Positions 63,665 through 64,000 of a stretch of 64,000 nt of DNA are shown here, one piece after another (the stretch's first letter is position 1; every line of letters starts with the position of its first letter). A program made the position numbers and the translations under genes. The notes under the pieces are model-generated. The model did no database searches and was not told the DNA's origin. It saw nothing but the letters and a program-made list of their open reading frames with translations. The stretch is from Nitrospirota bacterium (GTDB lineage: Bacteria > Nitrospirota > UBA9217), in NCBI GenBank assembly GCA_963818475.1, contig CAWFSF010000006.1, positions 1,376,001 through 1,440,000 of the forward strand, given 5' to 3'.

Positions 63665-64000
63665 GGAGTGGTCTCCCCCGCCTGTTTCGGCGCCGGTCGG
63701 AAGACGGACGCTTCGTTCCTGATTTCATCGGTCAATCGGTCAAGTTCCTTCTCCAGCAAAACGATCTCGGTCAGCGACGCCGCGACCTTCTCGTCCTGCA
63801 GCAGCTGCTCCGTCAGTTTGGGCAATGATCCGGAATTGTTCAATTCCACCAGGGTATGGCCTATGATGCGGTATTGTTCATTGACGCTTTCCTGAACATT
63901 GTCGACCCTGATCCGGAGACGCACGATGTTCAGCTCCGCCCGGACCCGTTCAGATAACGTGGCTGCTGCAGCCATCAATTTGTCCGATCCCTTCTGCATG
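63661..64000 (-). CDS. Hypothetical coiled-coil protein (5' end probably outside window)
   Basis: Open frame up to the window edge; its stop overlaps the pilD start. Confidence 0.55.
   Translation of the reverse strand, partial: MQKGSDKLMAAAATLSERVRAELNIVRLRIRVDNVQESVNEQYRIIGHTLVELNNSGSLPKLTEQLLQDEKVAASLTEIVLLEKELDRLTDEIRNEASVFRPAPKQAGETTP

Overview
Bacterial window of roughly 55-60% GC, judged by eye. The gene content and style (sigma-54 regulators, c7 cytochromes, rtcB-archease-AmrS) fit a Nitrospirota- or Desulfobacterota-like genome; this is inference only. The left half (1-~34.5 kb) is accessory and lies entirely on the minus strand. It holds a tandem array of secreted repeat/beta-propeller-like paralogs and an ~25 kb co-oriented secondary-lipid cluster. 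That cluster encodes an iterative type I PKS/FAS (ER-ER-KS-AT-ACP-KR), a second KS-AT-DH-PPTase, a free ACP, an alkaline-phosphatase-superfamily enzyme, an alpha/beta hydrolase, a cytoplasmic member of the same propeller-like family, a catalytically dead M50-peptidase/HlyD fusion, a sulfotransferase, an unknown protein, an esterase and an outer-membrane factor. The half ends at a degenerate tmRNA-like 3' end with a hairpin, a possible att scar. The right half is mostly core genes: rtcB, archease, amrS, c7 cytochromes, rph, ppx, NFACT, queE, mltD, ABC transporter, PCuAC, PHP, radical SAM, nfo, ligA, a PilS/PilR-like pair and pilD. Many genes, including housekeeping ones, carry 1-bp indels, most likely sequencing or assembly errors. 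No rRNA, intact tRNA, CRISPR array, integrase or transposase was found.
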